Shown piece after piece: positions 49,558-61,710 of a stretch of DNA of 64,000 bases. This DNA comes from Camelus dromedarius (Eukaryota). Below the pieces are notes generated by a model that was given only the letters and a program-made list of their open reading frames with translations, did no database searches and had not been told where the DNA came from. How positions within the stretch are numbered: the stretch's first letter is position 1; every line of letters starts with the position of its first letter. A program made the position numbers and the translations under genes. The stretch covers positions 88,104,001-88,168,000 of the forward strand of contig NC_087437.1 of the NCBI RefSeq assembly GCF_036321535.1, read 5' to 3'.

Positions 49558-50075
49558 TGTAATAGGGAAGAACAAATCTGACCCCGTATTAGATCTGTTC
49601 CTTTAGCTCTAACCCTGTGCTGTTTCCAGTGCTTAGTCAAGCTGGTTCTGCACCTTTTGCAAAAGAATGTTGCCTATAGCCTGGAATATACAGGAAAGCC
49701 CGTTCTCAAGGCTCTGACGTTTAAGAGTATAACACTTTTTCACTTATATAGAGATAAAAAGTTGAAGAACAGAAAATAACATTTGTCTTGTTGGAGGTTT
49801 ACAGAAACATCATGACCTGACTTACGTGAACAGCTGCAAGAACAAAGGATTCTGACAGCAAGAAGTCTGCAGCAACCAACCACATCCTCTCTCATTTTTA
49901 GTATAAAAGAAGCCTGAATTCTGACTTGGGGAAGATGATTCTCCAGGATATTAGTCTGCTATCTTCTGGGTCTGCTGGCTTTCTGAATAAAATCACTATT
50001 CCTTGCCCCAACACTTTGTCTCCTGATTTATTGGCCTGTCATGCAGTGAGCAGAATGAGTTTGGACCCCATAACA
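49558..50075 (+). mobile_element. Solo ERV1-type LTR (518 bp)
   Basis: It has TGTAA...TAACA termini, a perfect 4-bp TSD taag (49554-49557 and 50076-50079), a TATA box tataaaa near 49902 and AATAAA near 49987. Confidence 0.9.
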
Positions 50076-50529
50076 TAAGAATGCTACTTTTCGCTGGGCA
50101 TCTGTAAGAGGGGACCACAGTATACTGCTTTTCTCTAATTTTTTTTGATGGTATACTTTTGTGTGTGTGTGGCACACAAAATACATTTTTGTGAAACGCT
50201 GGAATTCTAGGAATAAACACTGGGAATTCTGAGGAAGCTTCTAGCTCATTTTCACCTGATTTAAGATCACAGGTGGTTTGAGGACTAGAGTAGTGGGACA
50301 GGCATCAGAAACCAGTCTACCACAGTATCATTCAGGTTACATCAACAGGGAAGATTTCAAATGGCCCACTCTGAGCATTGGTGGATTAATTTAAATTGAA
50401 TAAACTCAATTAACAAATAATAGGGATAGGGAAGGCATAGGGATCAGAGAAAAGGAAAATTGGAAGTAACTTCTGTTGCGCACCTACTACAGTACTAGAA
50501 ACCACACAAGAGACCCTATGTGGCTTGTT

Positions 50530-50690
50530 CATTTTATTTTCATAATGTCCTCACAGCAAAAGTGTGATGCCCTTTTATAGATGAAGAAATTGAAGCTCAG
50601 AGAAGTCTAGCAATGTGTTTATTGTCACATATAGTTAACTTGCCACAATTGGCACTTGATATGGGTTTTTTAGGTTTCAAACTCATTTTC
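50530..50690 (-). mobile_element. MIR SINE remnant
   Basis: cccttttatagatgaagaaattgaagctcagagaag is a MIR core. Confidence 0.7.
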
Positions 50691-50954
50691 TTTCCCTACT
50701 CATAGGAATCTACTTAAAGTCAGCTTCTTTTTGGCTTCTCCTATTCCTAGAACTACTCAGACTACTCCTTCAATTTTGAGAATTACCGCTCTGAGCAGCA
50801 ATGATTCTTTTCTTTACTAATCACCTGGACAGCTACTATTTTCTGGTAACTTACAATGACCACTTCTTTTTGTGATTCATCTAGAATGTTTTAAAAATTC
50901 CAGATCAGTAACCACTGAGGAGTAAATAAATGCTCTCAAGTAGTGAAAAGGAAG

Positions 50955-51131
50955 CAGTTCTCAATTTGCCTGCTGCCATTCTGGAATCACCCGGGATCTT
51001 TAAGAAATACTGATGCCTAAGTCTCAACCCCAGAAATCCTGATTTAGTTGATCTGGGGTGTGGCATAGCATTGGGATTTTTAAACACTACCTAGGTGATT
51101 CTAATGTGCAGTAAGGCTGAGAACAACTGCT
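50955..51131. mobile_element. MER5-family DNA transposon
   Basis: It reads cagttctcaa...ggaatcacc...aggtgattctaatgtgcag...tgagaacaactg, with inverted ends. Confidence 0.8.
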
Positions 51132-52049
51132 GGTAGGGATCAAGATAAACATGTAAGTATTTCCATAAAGAAGCAAAGGAAGTGTGTTAATATTACTTTT
51201 AATTTAACAAACTCATTTTTTATTTTAAAAAAATAGCTGCTGAGTCAGACTTTTTTCAGATAGAACACGAGCAAGTTAAGGCTTGGTATCTTTTGCTATT
51301 TAAATATGTGTATTCAGTTGGGGTTCTGTGGTGTAAAATATATACTTATTGTATTAGTTAAGTTACTGAGTCTTTCCTATTTAACCTTTAAAACTCATAA
51401 TCCTCCCCAAATCATGGTGGTCTCACATCACATCTCAGTGTAGATTTAATTATTGCACTAAGAAAAGCACATTATCAAAACAGTATGAAATATCCCCTTG
51501 GAAATGTTTTAAGTCCTTTTACTAATGCAGTTTTTACATCTCATATTTGTTTCTCTCTTATTAACCCTGTCAGAAGTCTCATAAATGGAACTTAAGCAAA
51601 CTACCACTTTCTCAATGTAACTACAACATTTTTCAAACTATTCTTTAATTTTGGATGCTAATTTGTTTTTTCTAATGATCAAAATAGAAGGAAAAAATTT
51701 TCTTAGATTTGTTCTGGAAACAATATAGTATAACGTTTAAAAGCAAATGCTAGAGTACTGACAATAAACAATGAGTATTTATTGAAAATACAAAATACAA
51801 ATTGCCAGGTTTCGGTATGGTAGGAGGCAAGGGAGAATCTAGATAAAATAAGGCTGGCAAGAATTTACGGGGCACTAACTGCATTATAGTCAAGGTCTCA
51901 TTTAACCCTCCCAGTAACACTAGGATTGAGACACTATCGCTATCCCAACTATATAGAATCTCAGAGAGCAGGCTTTGAACTCACAGAGTCTATCTCTAGA
52001 CCCTGCAGCCTTAATATGTTATTGCCTTCTTCAAAAAGTGTTAATGTTT

Positions 52050-52660
52050 TCAGCTTGAGTAACTGAGGGGTTGGTTATGTCAAACAACTCACGTACATAA
52101 TTCAGGAAAATTAAAAATTTCTGAGTGGTTGTCAAGGTAATGACTTTGTACTTACACACATGTAATTTGGGGAGCTGGTATTTTACTCTGAGGTAACATT
52201 CATCAGGCAGTTAACAATATGGATCTGAAATTCAGGAGAAAGTTCAGAGCTTGAGAGGAAGATGTAGGTACCATACGTATGGAGATAGTGGTTAAGAATG
52301 TGGTAGTGAATAACATAACCAAGAGAAGAAGTATAAAATAAGAAGGGGTTTTAACACTGGATCTCTTGGAAACATCTTTAATTGTGAAGCAGATAGAACA
52401 CAACTGGACTGGTAAGAAAACAAAATAACAGAATACACTATCACAGAAGCTCAGGGAAGACATTTTAAGAAAGAAATGGTGATCAGCAGTGTCAAAAGCA
52501 AACTAGAATAAGGCATGAGTAAAGGGATTCTGTATTTGACTGTTAGCAATTTATTAGCAATCTTTTAAGGAATGATTTTAATATTCTTGTAGGGCTGGCA
52601 TAGACTGTGTTAGGTTATTGAGTAAATGAAGAGTGTTAATTTGGAAGTAGCTAATTTTTG
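52050..52660 (-). mobile_element. L2 remnant
   Basis: It contains ttcagcttgagtaactg...ggatctgaaattcaggagaaag...tgatcagcagtgtcaaa. Confidence 0.55.
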
Positions 52661-53332
52661 TGGATTGTTTCCTATGGACCATGCACTATTGAAGGGCTTC
52701 ACATGTTTTCAAATGAGTTAACCCTAGTTGGGGATTCCGTATGCTCAAGAGCTCAAGTGCATACAGAATTAAGGAATTAAAGAGAGAAATAGACAACATA
52801 GTATAAGTTTTAAAAGAACTCTATCTCAGCAAATGAAAAGATTTTTTAAAAACAGAAAAAAGTAAGAACACAGAGGATCTAAACAACACAATTTTCTACG
52901 TTGGTCTTGTTTATATTTAAAGAACACACAACAACTGCAAAATACACGTAAGATGTTCAGCAAAACCCTAAGTATTCGGAAATTGAACAACACACTTCTA
53001 AAAAGTCCATGGTCAAATTGCAAGGGAAATTAAAAATATTTTAAACTGCATGATAATAAAAATGCTATATATAAAAATTTCTGGAGACAACTAAACAGTT
53101 CTTAGAGGAAAATTTAGAACTTATTGCTTATATTAGGTATCAATGACTTAAGTTCTACCTCAACAAATGAGAAAAAAGGAACAAACTAAGTAGACAGGAG
53201 GAAATAATAAAACAGCAGAAATCAGAGATAAAAATAGATAAAAATAAAGAAAATTAACCAAGTCAAAGATGGTACTTTTAAGAATTCAACAAACATGATA
53301 AAATCCTAGATTGATCAAGAAAAATAAAAGAT

Positions 53333-53602
53333 TATAAACTTATGGTTACCAGAAGGGGAAAGAGGTGAAAAGGGATAAATTGGGAGTTCGAGATTTACAG
53401 ATACTAACTACTATATATAAAACAGATAAACAACAAATTTATACTGTATTGACAGGGAACTATATTCAATATCTTACAGTAACCTATAATGAAGAGGAAT
53501 ATGAAAAGGAATGTATATATGTATGTGTATGTATGACTGAACTATGCTATACACTGGAAATTGACACAACCTTGTAAACTGACCATATTTCAATTAAAAA
53601 AG
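53333..53602 (+). mobile_element. Younger L1 3'UTR fragment nested in the old L1
   Basis: It reads aaacttatggttaccag...acagggaactatattcaatatct...caattaaaaa. Confidence 0.85.
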
Positions 53603-54098
53603 AGTGAAAAAACCTAAATTAGCCATATCAGAAATGAAAGAAGGGTTTTCCGTGCAAATCACACAGCTATTAGAAGGATAAGAGAATATTAAGAAAATAC
53701 TGTCTATAAATTAGATAATTTAGATAACATGGACAAATTCCTTGAAAAACACAAAAGCTTACTAAAGCTCACTCAAGAAAAAAAATATATAACATGAAGA
53801 GCTCTGTATCAATGAAAGAAACTGAATTAGTCACTAAGTATGTTCCCATAAGGAAAACTAATTCCATGTGATTTCACCAGTGAATTATACCAGATATTCA
53901 AAGAAGAAATTACATAAATTTAATTAAAATGCTTTCAGTCAATAGAAGAGGTAGGAACATTTCCAACCAATTTCATGAAGTCAACATTATCTTGATATCA
54001 AAACCAGAGAAGAACATTAAAAACAAAAACAAAAAAACCCCAATATCCCATTAACCTAGATGTTAAAATTCTTACTACAAAACTAGCAACTGAATCCT

Positions 54099-54277
54099 AC
54101 ACTTTTTTAAATTAATTAATTTTTTATTGAAGTAGAGTTGATTTACAATCTTTCAGGTGTACAGCAAGTTGATTCAGTTACAAATATAAAATCTATTCTT
54201 TTTCAGATCCTTTACCATTACAGGTTATTACAAGATATTGCATACAGTTCCCTGTGCCATACAGTAGATCCTTGTTT
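54099..54277 (-). mobile_element. Younger L1 3' end, antisense, nested in the old L1
   Basis: It reads ttttattgaagtagagttgatttacaa...acagttccctgtgccatacagtag and is flanked by the direct repeat tgaatcct (54091-54098 and 54278-54285). Confidence 0.85.
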
Positions 54278-57214
54278 TGAATCCTGAAATGTTTAAAAAG
54301 GATAACAAATCACAACCAAGTATTATTTGTCTCAGAAATGCAAAGTTACATTTAACATTAAAATATGTAATCCTACATATTAACAGAATAAGAGAAGAAA
54401 CATGTTATCATTTCAGGAGAAGCAGAAAAAGTACCTGATTGAATTCAACACCCAGTCATAGTAAAAACTCTTGGAAAAGTCAGAATACAAGGGAACTATC
54501 TCCATCTGATAAAAAGTATAAGAAATCTACAGATAACACCATACTTCCTTGTGCAAGTCTGAGTATTACTCTCCTCAAACTGGGAACAGGTAAAGAGGCT
54601 TGCTCTCATTGCTTCTATCCAACATTGTATATCACAGACATAGCAAAAAAGGCAAGAAAAAAATTCTTAAGGCTATGAAAGGAAGAGATAAAGCTTTCTC
54701 TACTTGTAGATGACACATCTGTTTATCTAGAAAATCTACAGGAATCTAAAACTCAACTATTAGAAAAAGTGAATTTTGCCAAGTTGCAGCATACAAGGTT
54801 AATAAAATGAAGTGTAATTTTACATACTGGTAAATAAAATTTTAAAAAGCCATTTCCAAGAACACTAAAAACCAAGTTATTCGGGAATTAAGTTTTTGAA
54901 AGATAGGCAAACCATCTGCTCTAAAAATTAGAGAACATTGTTGGGAGAAATTTAAAGAAGACCTAAATAAATGGAGAGCTGTGGATTTGGAGACTCAGTA
55001 AATGAAAATGTTAATTACCCCCCAATTTATCTATAGATTTAATACAGTCTCAGTAAAAATTCAAGTAGGACCAGTTGTAGAAATTGGCAAGCTGATTCTA
55101 ACATTTATATGGAAAGGTAAACCTATTTCAAAAAAGAATATAATTTAAAGATGTACAGTTCTTGACTTTAAGACCTACTCTCAAGTTACTGTAATAAGGA
55201 CAGTGTAGTACTGACACATAAAGGAATACTTTTAAAAAGCCTAGAAACAGACCCACATATATGGTCAATTGATTTCTGAATAAGATGTCATGGTAATCCA
55301 CTGAGGGGAAGAAAAGCCTTTTAAATAAATCACGCTGGAATACCTATTATCCATATGGAAAATTAAATATTGATCCTTCTCAGATACACAAGAAATAACT
55401 TGAAATGGATCACAGACATAGAAGGAAAAGCCCAAACTTTAAAACTTCTTATATAAAACACAGAAGAAAATCTTAGTCACTTTAGACTAAGCAAAGCTTT
55501 TTTAGATAGAATAAATTAGTACAAACCATAGTGGAAAAAGCATTAAATTGGGCTTTATTAACATTTTAACCATTTGATTTCTGAAAAGCACTCAAGAAAT
55601 AAAGTCCAGCCACAGAATGGGAGACAATATTCATTTGACATATAAATGACAAAATATTTGTATCCAGAGCATATAAAGATCTTTTACAACTTAATATGAA
55701 GATTAAGAATTCATTTTAAGAAATGGACACAAAGTTTAAGACACTTCACAAAAGATATCTGAATAGCTCAAATCTCATAGTATATGGTCAACATAATAGT
55801 CATTAGAGAAATGTAATTTAAATGATAAACAAATCATCAGTAGAATGGCTAATACTAAAAATATGGAATATACGGGTTGTTGGTGAGAATATGGAGGGAA
55901 TGGAATTCTCATGTAATATTAATGGGAGTATAAAATGATACAACTACTTTGGAGAACTATTTGCGTATTTCTATAAGTTAAACATATACATGTCATATGA
56001 CCCAGCCATCATTGCTAGGTCTTTACTCATGAGAAATGAAAACATATGTCCACAAAAAACCTTGTACATGAATGTTTGATCCACTTTATTCAAAATAAGC
56101 TCAAACAAGAAGCAACCCAAATGTCCATCAATAGGTGAATGGTAAACAAGGTATGTCATTCATATAACTGAATGTTACTCATTAGTACAAAGCAACAAAC
56201 TACTGATATTCTTAAAGTCATGTTGAGTTAAAGAGCCAAATAAAAAGGGCATCTTTTGTATTATAACATTTATATAAAATGCAAACTAATACAGGTGCCA
56301 AAAAGCAGGTCAGTTACCTGGGTCCAGGGATGGAAGGAGGGAGGGACTGCAAGGAGGAATGAGGAATTTTTTGAAGTTAGTTTAAATGTATATTTTAATT
56401 ATGGTGGTAGTTTCAGGGTATATATAGCTATTAAAATTCATAGAATTTTGCATTTTAAATTGATATGACTAATCTTATGCAAATAAGCCCTCAATAAAGT
56501 AGATAAGGCAAAAAGCAAAACAAGACAACAGAAGAAGACATAATAATTGAGACCATAAAGCAGAGATAATCACAGCCCAGGATATTTACCAAGCAGAATA
56601 CAGCATTGAATAAGGCTAGTTTATATTGGAGAACCTGGAAAGACTGATACTGTACAGAGACATGGATGGGAACAAGGTGAGAGGTTGAAGACAGAATCAT
56701 GTCTTTCTCTCCTGACAACTGCCTTTTAAGGAAGACACTACTTTAAATCCCAATTTTACAAATGAGGAAACTGAGGCTCAGAGTGGTTTCCCAAAGTCTG
56801 CCTGTTTTGCATATCCATATCTCCACTGAACTAGTGAATTCTGAAATGCTGGTAGCCTTGGCTGCTCTTTGAGGATGGATTCAACTACTTTTAGAAATTA
56901 AAATACCAGGTATAACAAATGATAAATATTAAAAGTATAATTACTGCTTTGTTAAAAAAATAAAGTAATAAAAATCTATTGTTACAGCTTAGTAAAATAT
57001 AAATGACATGTCTTATTCAAATCTTACCTATTTGAGTCAGCTTTGAATGTGACCTTGTCTCCTATAAATAAATCACTGATTTGGGGATATGTATTAATGT
57101 TACTTTGACAGGATATGTATTAATGCTACTTTGAAAAAGAAGTTCTCAACCAGGATGTTCTTCAGTAGATGAACAGGGCAAAGTTGGGAACGACCTATGT
57201 CGTTGACATCACTC

Positions 57215-57772
57215 TAATAGGTGAGTGGATAAATAAACTGTGGTACATCCAGATGATAGAATATCATTCAGGACTAAAAAGAGATGAGCAATTAAGCCTC
57301 GAAAAGACATAGAGGCAGCTTAAGTGCATATTACTAAATGAAAGAAGCCAATCTGAAAAGGTTACATACTGTATAATTCCAACTACATGGCATTCTGGAA
57401 AAGGCAAAATTATGGATACAGTAAAAAGATCAACAGTTGCCAGAGGTTAGTAGGGAGGGAGAGATGAATAGGTGGAGCACAGAAAATTTTTAGGGCAATG
57501 ACACTAGTCTGTATGCTACTATAACGGTGGATAAATGTCATTATAAATTTGTCCAAACCCATAGAATGTACACCACCAAGAGTGGACCCTAAGGTAAACT
57601 AGGGACTCTAGGATATAATCATGTGTCGACATAGATTCCATCAATTGTAACAAATAAATTATTCTTATAGGGAACGTTGATAATGGAGGAGGCTATTAAT
57701 ATGTGGGGGCAGAGGGGTATAAACGAAATCTTTGTACTTCTATCCAATTCTTCTGTGAATCTAAAATGGCTC
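57215..57772 (+). mobile_element. L1MB/L1MC-type 3' end
   Basis: It contains ataaataaactgtggtacatccaga...gaaagaagccaatctgaaaagg...tttgtccaaacccatagaatgtaca. Confidence 0.85.
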
Positions 57773-58110
57773 CAATTATATGTGGAATCTAAAAATAAAT
57801 GATACAAATTCTATTTACAAACCAAAAACAGACTCACAGACATAGAAAACAAACTATGGTTACTAAAGGGGAAAGGGTGGGGAAGGATAAAATTAGGGGT
57901 TGGGGATTAGCAGACACACATTACTACATACAAAAAAGATAAAAAAACGAGGAGTTACTATATAGCACAGGGAACTACCTTCAGTTTCTTGTAATAACAT
58001 ATAATGGAAAAGAAAAAAATATATGTATGTATATTTATAACTGAATCGCTTTGCTGTATACCTGAAACTAACATTGTAAATCAGCTATACTTCAATAAAA
58101 ATTAAAAACA
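57773..58110 (+). mobile_element. Younger 5'-truncated L1 3' end with TSD
   Basis: It reads atatgtggaatctaaaa...tatagcacagggaactac...ctatacttcaataaaaa. The TSD taaaatggctc is at 57762-57772 and 58111-58121. Confidence 0.9.
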
Positions 58111-59463
58111 TAAAATGGCTCTAAAAACCAAAATATTTTTTAAAAAGGTCTGGAGTAACATACTAATATACATTAATTAGGTTCCTTAGTATTTATTGAA
58201 TGGTGTTGACTTCCTTATGCCTACTTTGATCATTTTTACCATGTGGGTACTGACAGTAACTGTCTCCTAGGGTTGCTGAGAGGAGTAACTACAATGATAC
58301 ATGGAAACGGTAGAGTCCCTAGCACACAGTAAACTTTAATGTACTATTACTGCTGTTGGTGGTGATGTTGTTGGTGTGAATAATACAATGGTTCAGGCAC
58401 TATGCTGGATATCTCTGATAAAATGGTATGTAAAAGCTTATATGTGAAATCACAACGATCATTATATAACTGACTCCACTTGTACCCAGTAGTACTGTAA
58501 CAGGAGGGAAAATAACTGATAGGGTCTCCCAGGTTTTAGAGGCTGGTCGCTGGTCAGGGGAGTCTGCTACAGTGGGATGTAACAGAATATAACCGAGACT
58601 GACCCTGGGGCCCAAGATAAATCCAGGAGAAAGTGAACTCAGGGGCACACTGATGAACTCAAAGACCCGAAGAATTTGAGTTGGTTATAGATGGAAGAGG
58701 AATTAAAAGATGAAAAGGAAAGATGATTTTAGAACACCAGATTCTGGAATTAGAAAGTTTTCCTGTTGAGTAGACGGGTGTAATAGAAGTCCAAGATGTG
58801 GCAGTACTTGTGAGAGGGTAAAATAAACTCCACATGAAAACTGTTCAAACTGGGCACTGCGAGGCTACCTTGTCTTATGTTTTGAATTCCCAAGTGTCCT
58901 GACGGAATGGGAGAAGTCGATTTACAGAAACCAATTCTAAAAATCACACGTTTAGGTCAGTAGGTGGCAACAGTGAGGTTACAGTGAGGGTGCTGGAAAG
59001 CTGATGCGTACTTCAATAAGGAGAGGATTTTGGAATCAGGTGAGAGTAAAGATCTGGAAGTGGCACCTCCCAGCTCCATGAGGCAGAAGAAAAGATAGTG
59101 GCTTTCGTCTGAACTCTATACCCTACTATTAAACTGTTTACTTTTCCCAATGGCACTTTCTCCTCGACACATACCTCAGCTTATCTTAGTAGCTTATCTT
59201 TTTGAAGGAGCTGTCTTTCCCCAAGGACGAGGACAAAAGAGCCAAGGATTCATATCCTAAAATGACCTTTTTTTCTTAAGATGCAGATTCATTCATTCAA
59301 CCTGCTGCTATTCTTAGTGACTGACTGATCTGTCAGTGGTAGAGGCTTCAAATAATTAGTCACCATTTCCTGAGTATTTAGAATGGAGGTATTTGTAGGT
59401 CAGTGTTAGAAACGACTCCATAAAGAATCCCTGGTCTATTAGCAACACAATTAACTTCTATTG

Positions 59464-59464
<1 letters not shown>

Positions 59465-59517
<53 letters not shown>
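59465..59517. repeat. (TG)n microsatellite, about 26 units
   Basis: A perfect TG run. Confidence 0.97.
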
Positions 59518-59518
<1 letters not shown>

Positions 59519-60629
59519 TGAAATTCTTTTGGCTCTGAAGAATAAATTTAGACACATACTTTAGTAAGTAGGGAGTCTGGTTTGAGAATTCTCTTTGCAA
59601 ACTGTCATTTCCAAAACCTAAGCAGTACTAAGGTAAATACTGATTGAATTTAGAGATACAAAACTTGGTTTAAAACAAAATAGTTTATGTAACTAATCTG
59701 AAAATAAATACACTCCCTCTTTTACAAACCTTAGTAAATATGCTCAAATTAAGGTTTTAGTGTTTAACAACATTGAGAGTGTTACTATGGTTAATTAAGT
59801 AAGGTCCTAAAAACACGGCTATCAGTACTGTTATCAAAAAGCTAACATAATATTAAAAGTCAAAGTCTGCACAGAATAGACTTTAATAGTGATATTAAAA
59901 GAACAGCATATTAAAAAGGATGACACTGGCAGGAGAACTGAAATGTGACTTTTTTTTTAAGTCCTCATCTTACTTGGGACTTTCAATTTATGCATACATA
60001 GATTTAAGGAAGAAGTAATTTAATAGGACAAAGATATGAATTTTTAGATACAGTACAATGTCTTGGAGACTTTTTATCCCAGTGACCTCTTCCTTTTAAA
60101 GTAAGGGTAGATGCCTTTTGGTCTTTCAAATCCATTTAGTTCATAGAAGGTATTATAATTATTAACTAGGCTGGTCTGAAAATTGGGGGCAAGCCAGCAA
60201 GAATGAATGAAGCAGTGAAAATGGTCAACCTACAATTCCGAACCTTTAAAATTGAGGTCAACTATATTTACTTTTCTTTATTCCTCTAAGATGTTAGATA
60301 AACCTTAATGTTTTAGAAAATTTTTCTGAATGTAATTTTTTTCAATGAAGTAAGGATCTAAGAAGATTAACATTACTAGATAAGATTCATTTTTAAATTC
60401 TAACACAAAACCATACATATGAGTGGTCTAATAAATTTTATAAAACAGCAGATTTGATTCCGATAGCCTCAAACTTTGGTTTTGCAGTATAAAGCCATAC
60501 TTCAGGTAACACATCAACGTTAGCCGGGTGTATTAAAGGAGAGACATTAGTGTTTCATTAATCAAGTCCAATAGTAACTATCCTTGTTAATAATAAACAT
60601 AATGATAATTATGATAATAAGTCTAAAGG

Positions 60630-60850
60630 TGGCTAATATTTTTGAGCAGTTGCTTTGTGCCAGGCATTTGAGTTTTCACACACAGTATTTCCGTTTATCT
60701 TCATTGAAATCCTGGGTGTTGCTATTCCATTTCATAAGTGAGGTGAATAAGGCTTAGAGAGTTTAAATAACTTTCCCAAGGACCCGCACTAGGAAGTGGC
60801 TACTGTTGACCTTTTGGAATCCCAGACTCACGTTTTTAAATGCCATACTA
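60630..60850 (-). mobile_element. MIR SINE remnant
   Basis: It contains tttgtgccaggca...taaggcttagagagtttaaataactttcccaagg. Confidence 0.7.
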
Positions 60851-61329
60851 TAGAGCGTCTCTAATGCTTTCTTTGACATTTGTGGTTATAGCTAACAAAA
60901 ATATTTCTATCTTTCTAAATATTACGATATTATGTAATTCCATATGTGAAAATAGTTCTAAAGTTCACTGAACAAAAAGAAAACTATCAATTATTTCCTT
61001 TTAGATTTACAACCTCTGAGAGGTTGAATTTATTTTTTATCAGTTAAAAGAGAGAACTGTTCTAGTGTTCTGTGTATAATCGTATTATCTTATCTACCCA
61101 AACCACTTTTTCCCATACTTTATCTAACTTAAAGACGATTTGAAAACAAAAGACCTCCGTTTAGCACAGTCCTTCCAGTAATGAAATTTCAAATTACTCT
61201 GCATGAATAACAAGGAGAAAATATTGTGATGACATTAATACTACTTTGAGATGAAAAGTAATTGCATTAAATAATACTGTAAACTGCCAATTTTAAAACA
61301 CAGATGTCATCTTGTCTTAGCTGTATAGG

Positions 61330-61710
61330 TCACTGAATTTTTATATGTGCTTTATCTGTGTAACCATCACCCAGGCAAGATGTAGAACATTCCAGCACCC
61401 CAGATGCTTCCTTCTCAGTCTATCTCTTGCAGAGTTTTGACTTCTGTCAGCATCATTTGGTTTTGTTTGGTCTTGAACTCCATATACATGGAATCAGGCA
61501 GAATATACTCTTTTATGTCTGGTTTCTTTCACTTAGCATAATGTCTGTGAGTCTGTTCATTCATAAGTGTATCAATAATTCTTTTTTTTTTTTCACTGCT
61601 GTGTAGTTCCCATTGTATACAATACCAGTATTTAATTTACTCCAAATGTTGAGGAACATTTGGGTTGTTCTAGGTTTGGCTATTGTAAATAAACCTGTTA
61701 TGAACATTTA
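61330..61710 (-). mobile_element. Old L1 3' end, antisense
   Basis: It contains tagaacattccagcacccca...tttctttcacttagcataatg...tttggctattgtaaataaa. Confidence 0.8.

Larger units (their letters stand above)
52770..56515 (+). mobile_element. Degenerate L1M ORF2 plus 3'UTR, with two younger L1 3'-end insertions
   Basis: Recognisable ORF2 remnants include atggacaaattccttgaaaaacaca, cttgtagatgaca and agaaacagacccacat. It ends at caataaag near 56493. No long ORF remains. Confidence 0.88.
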
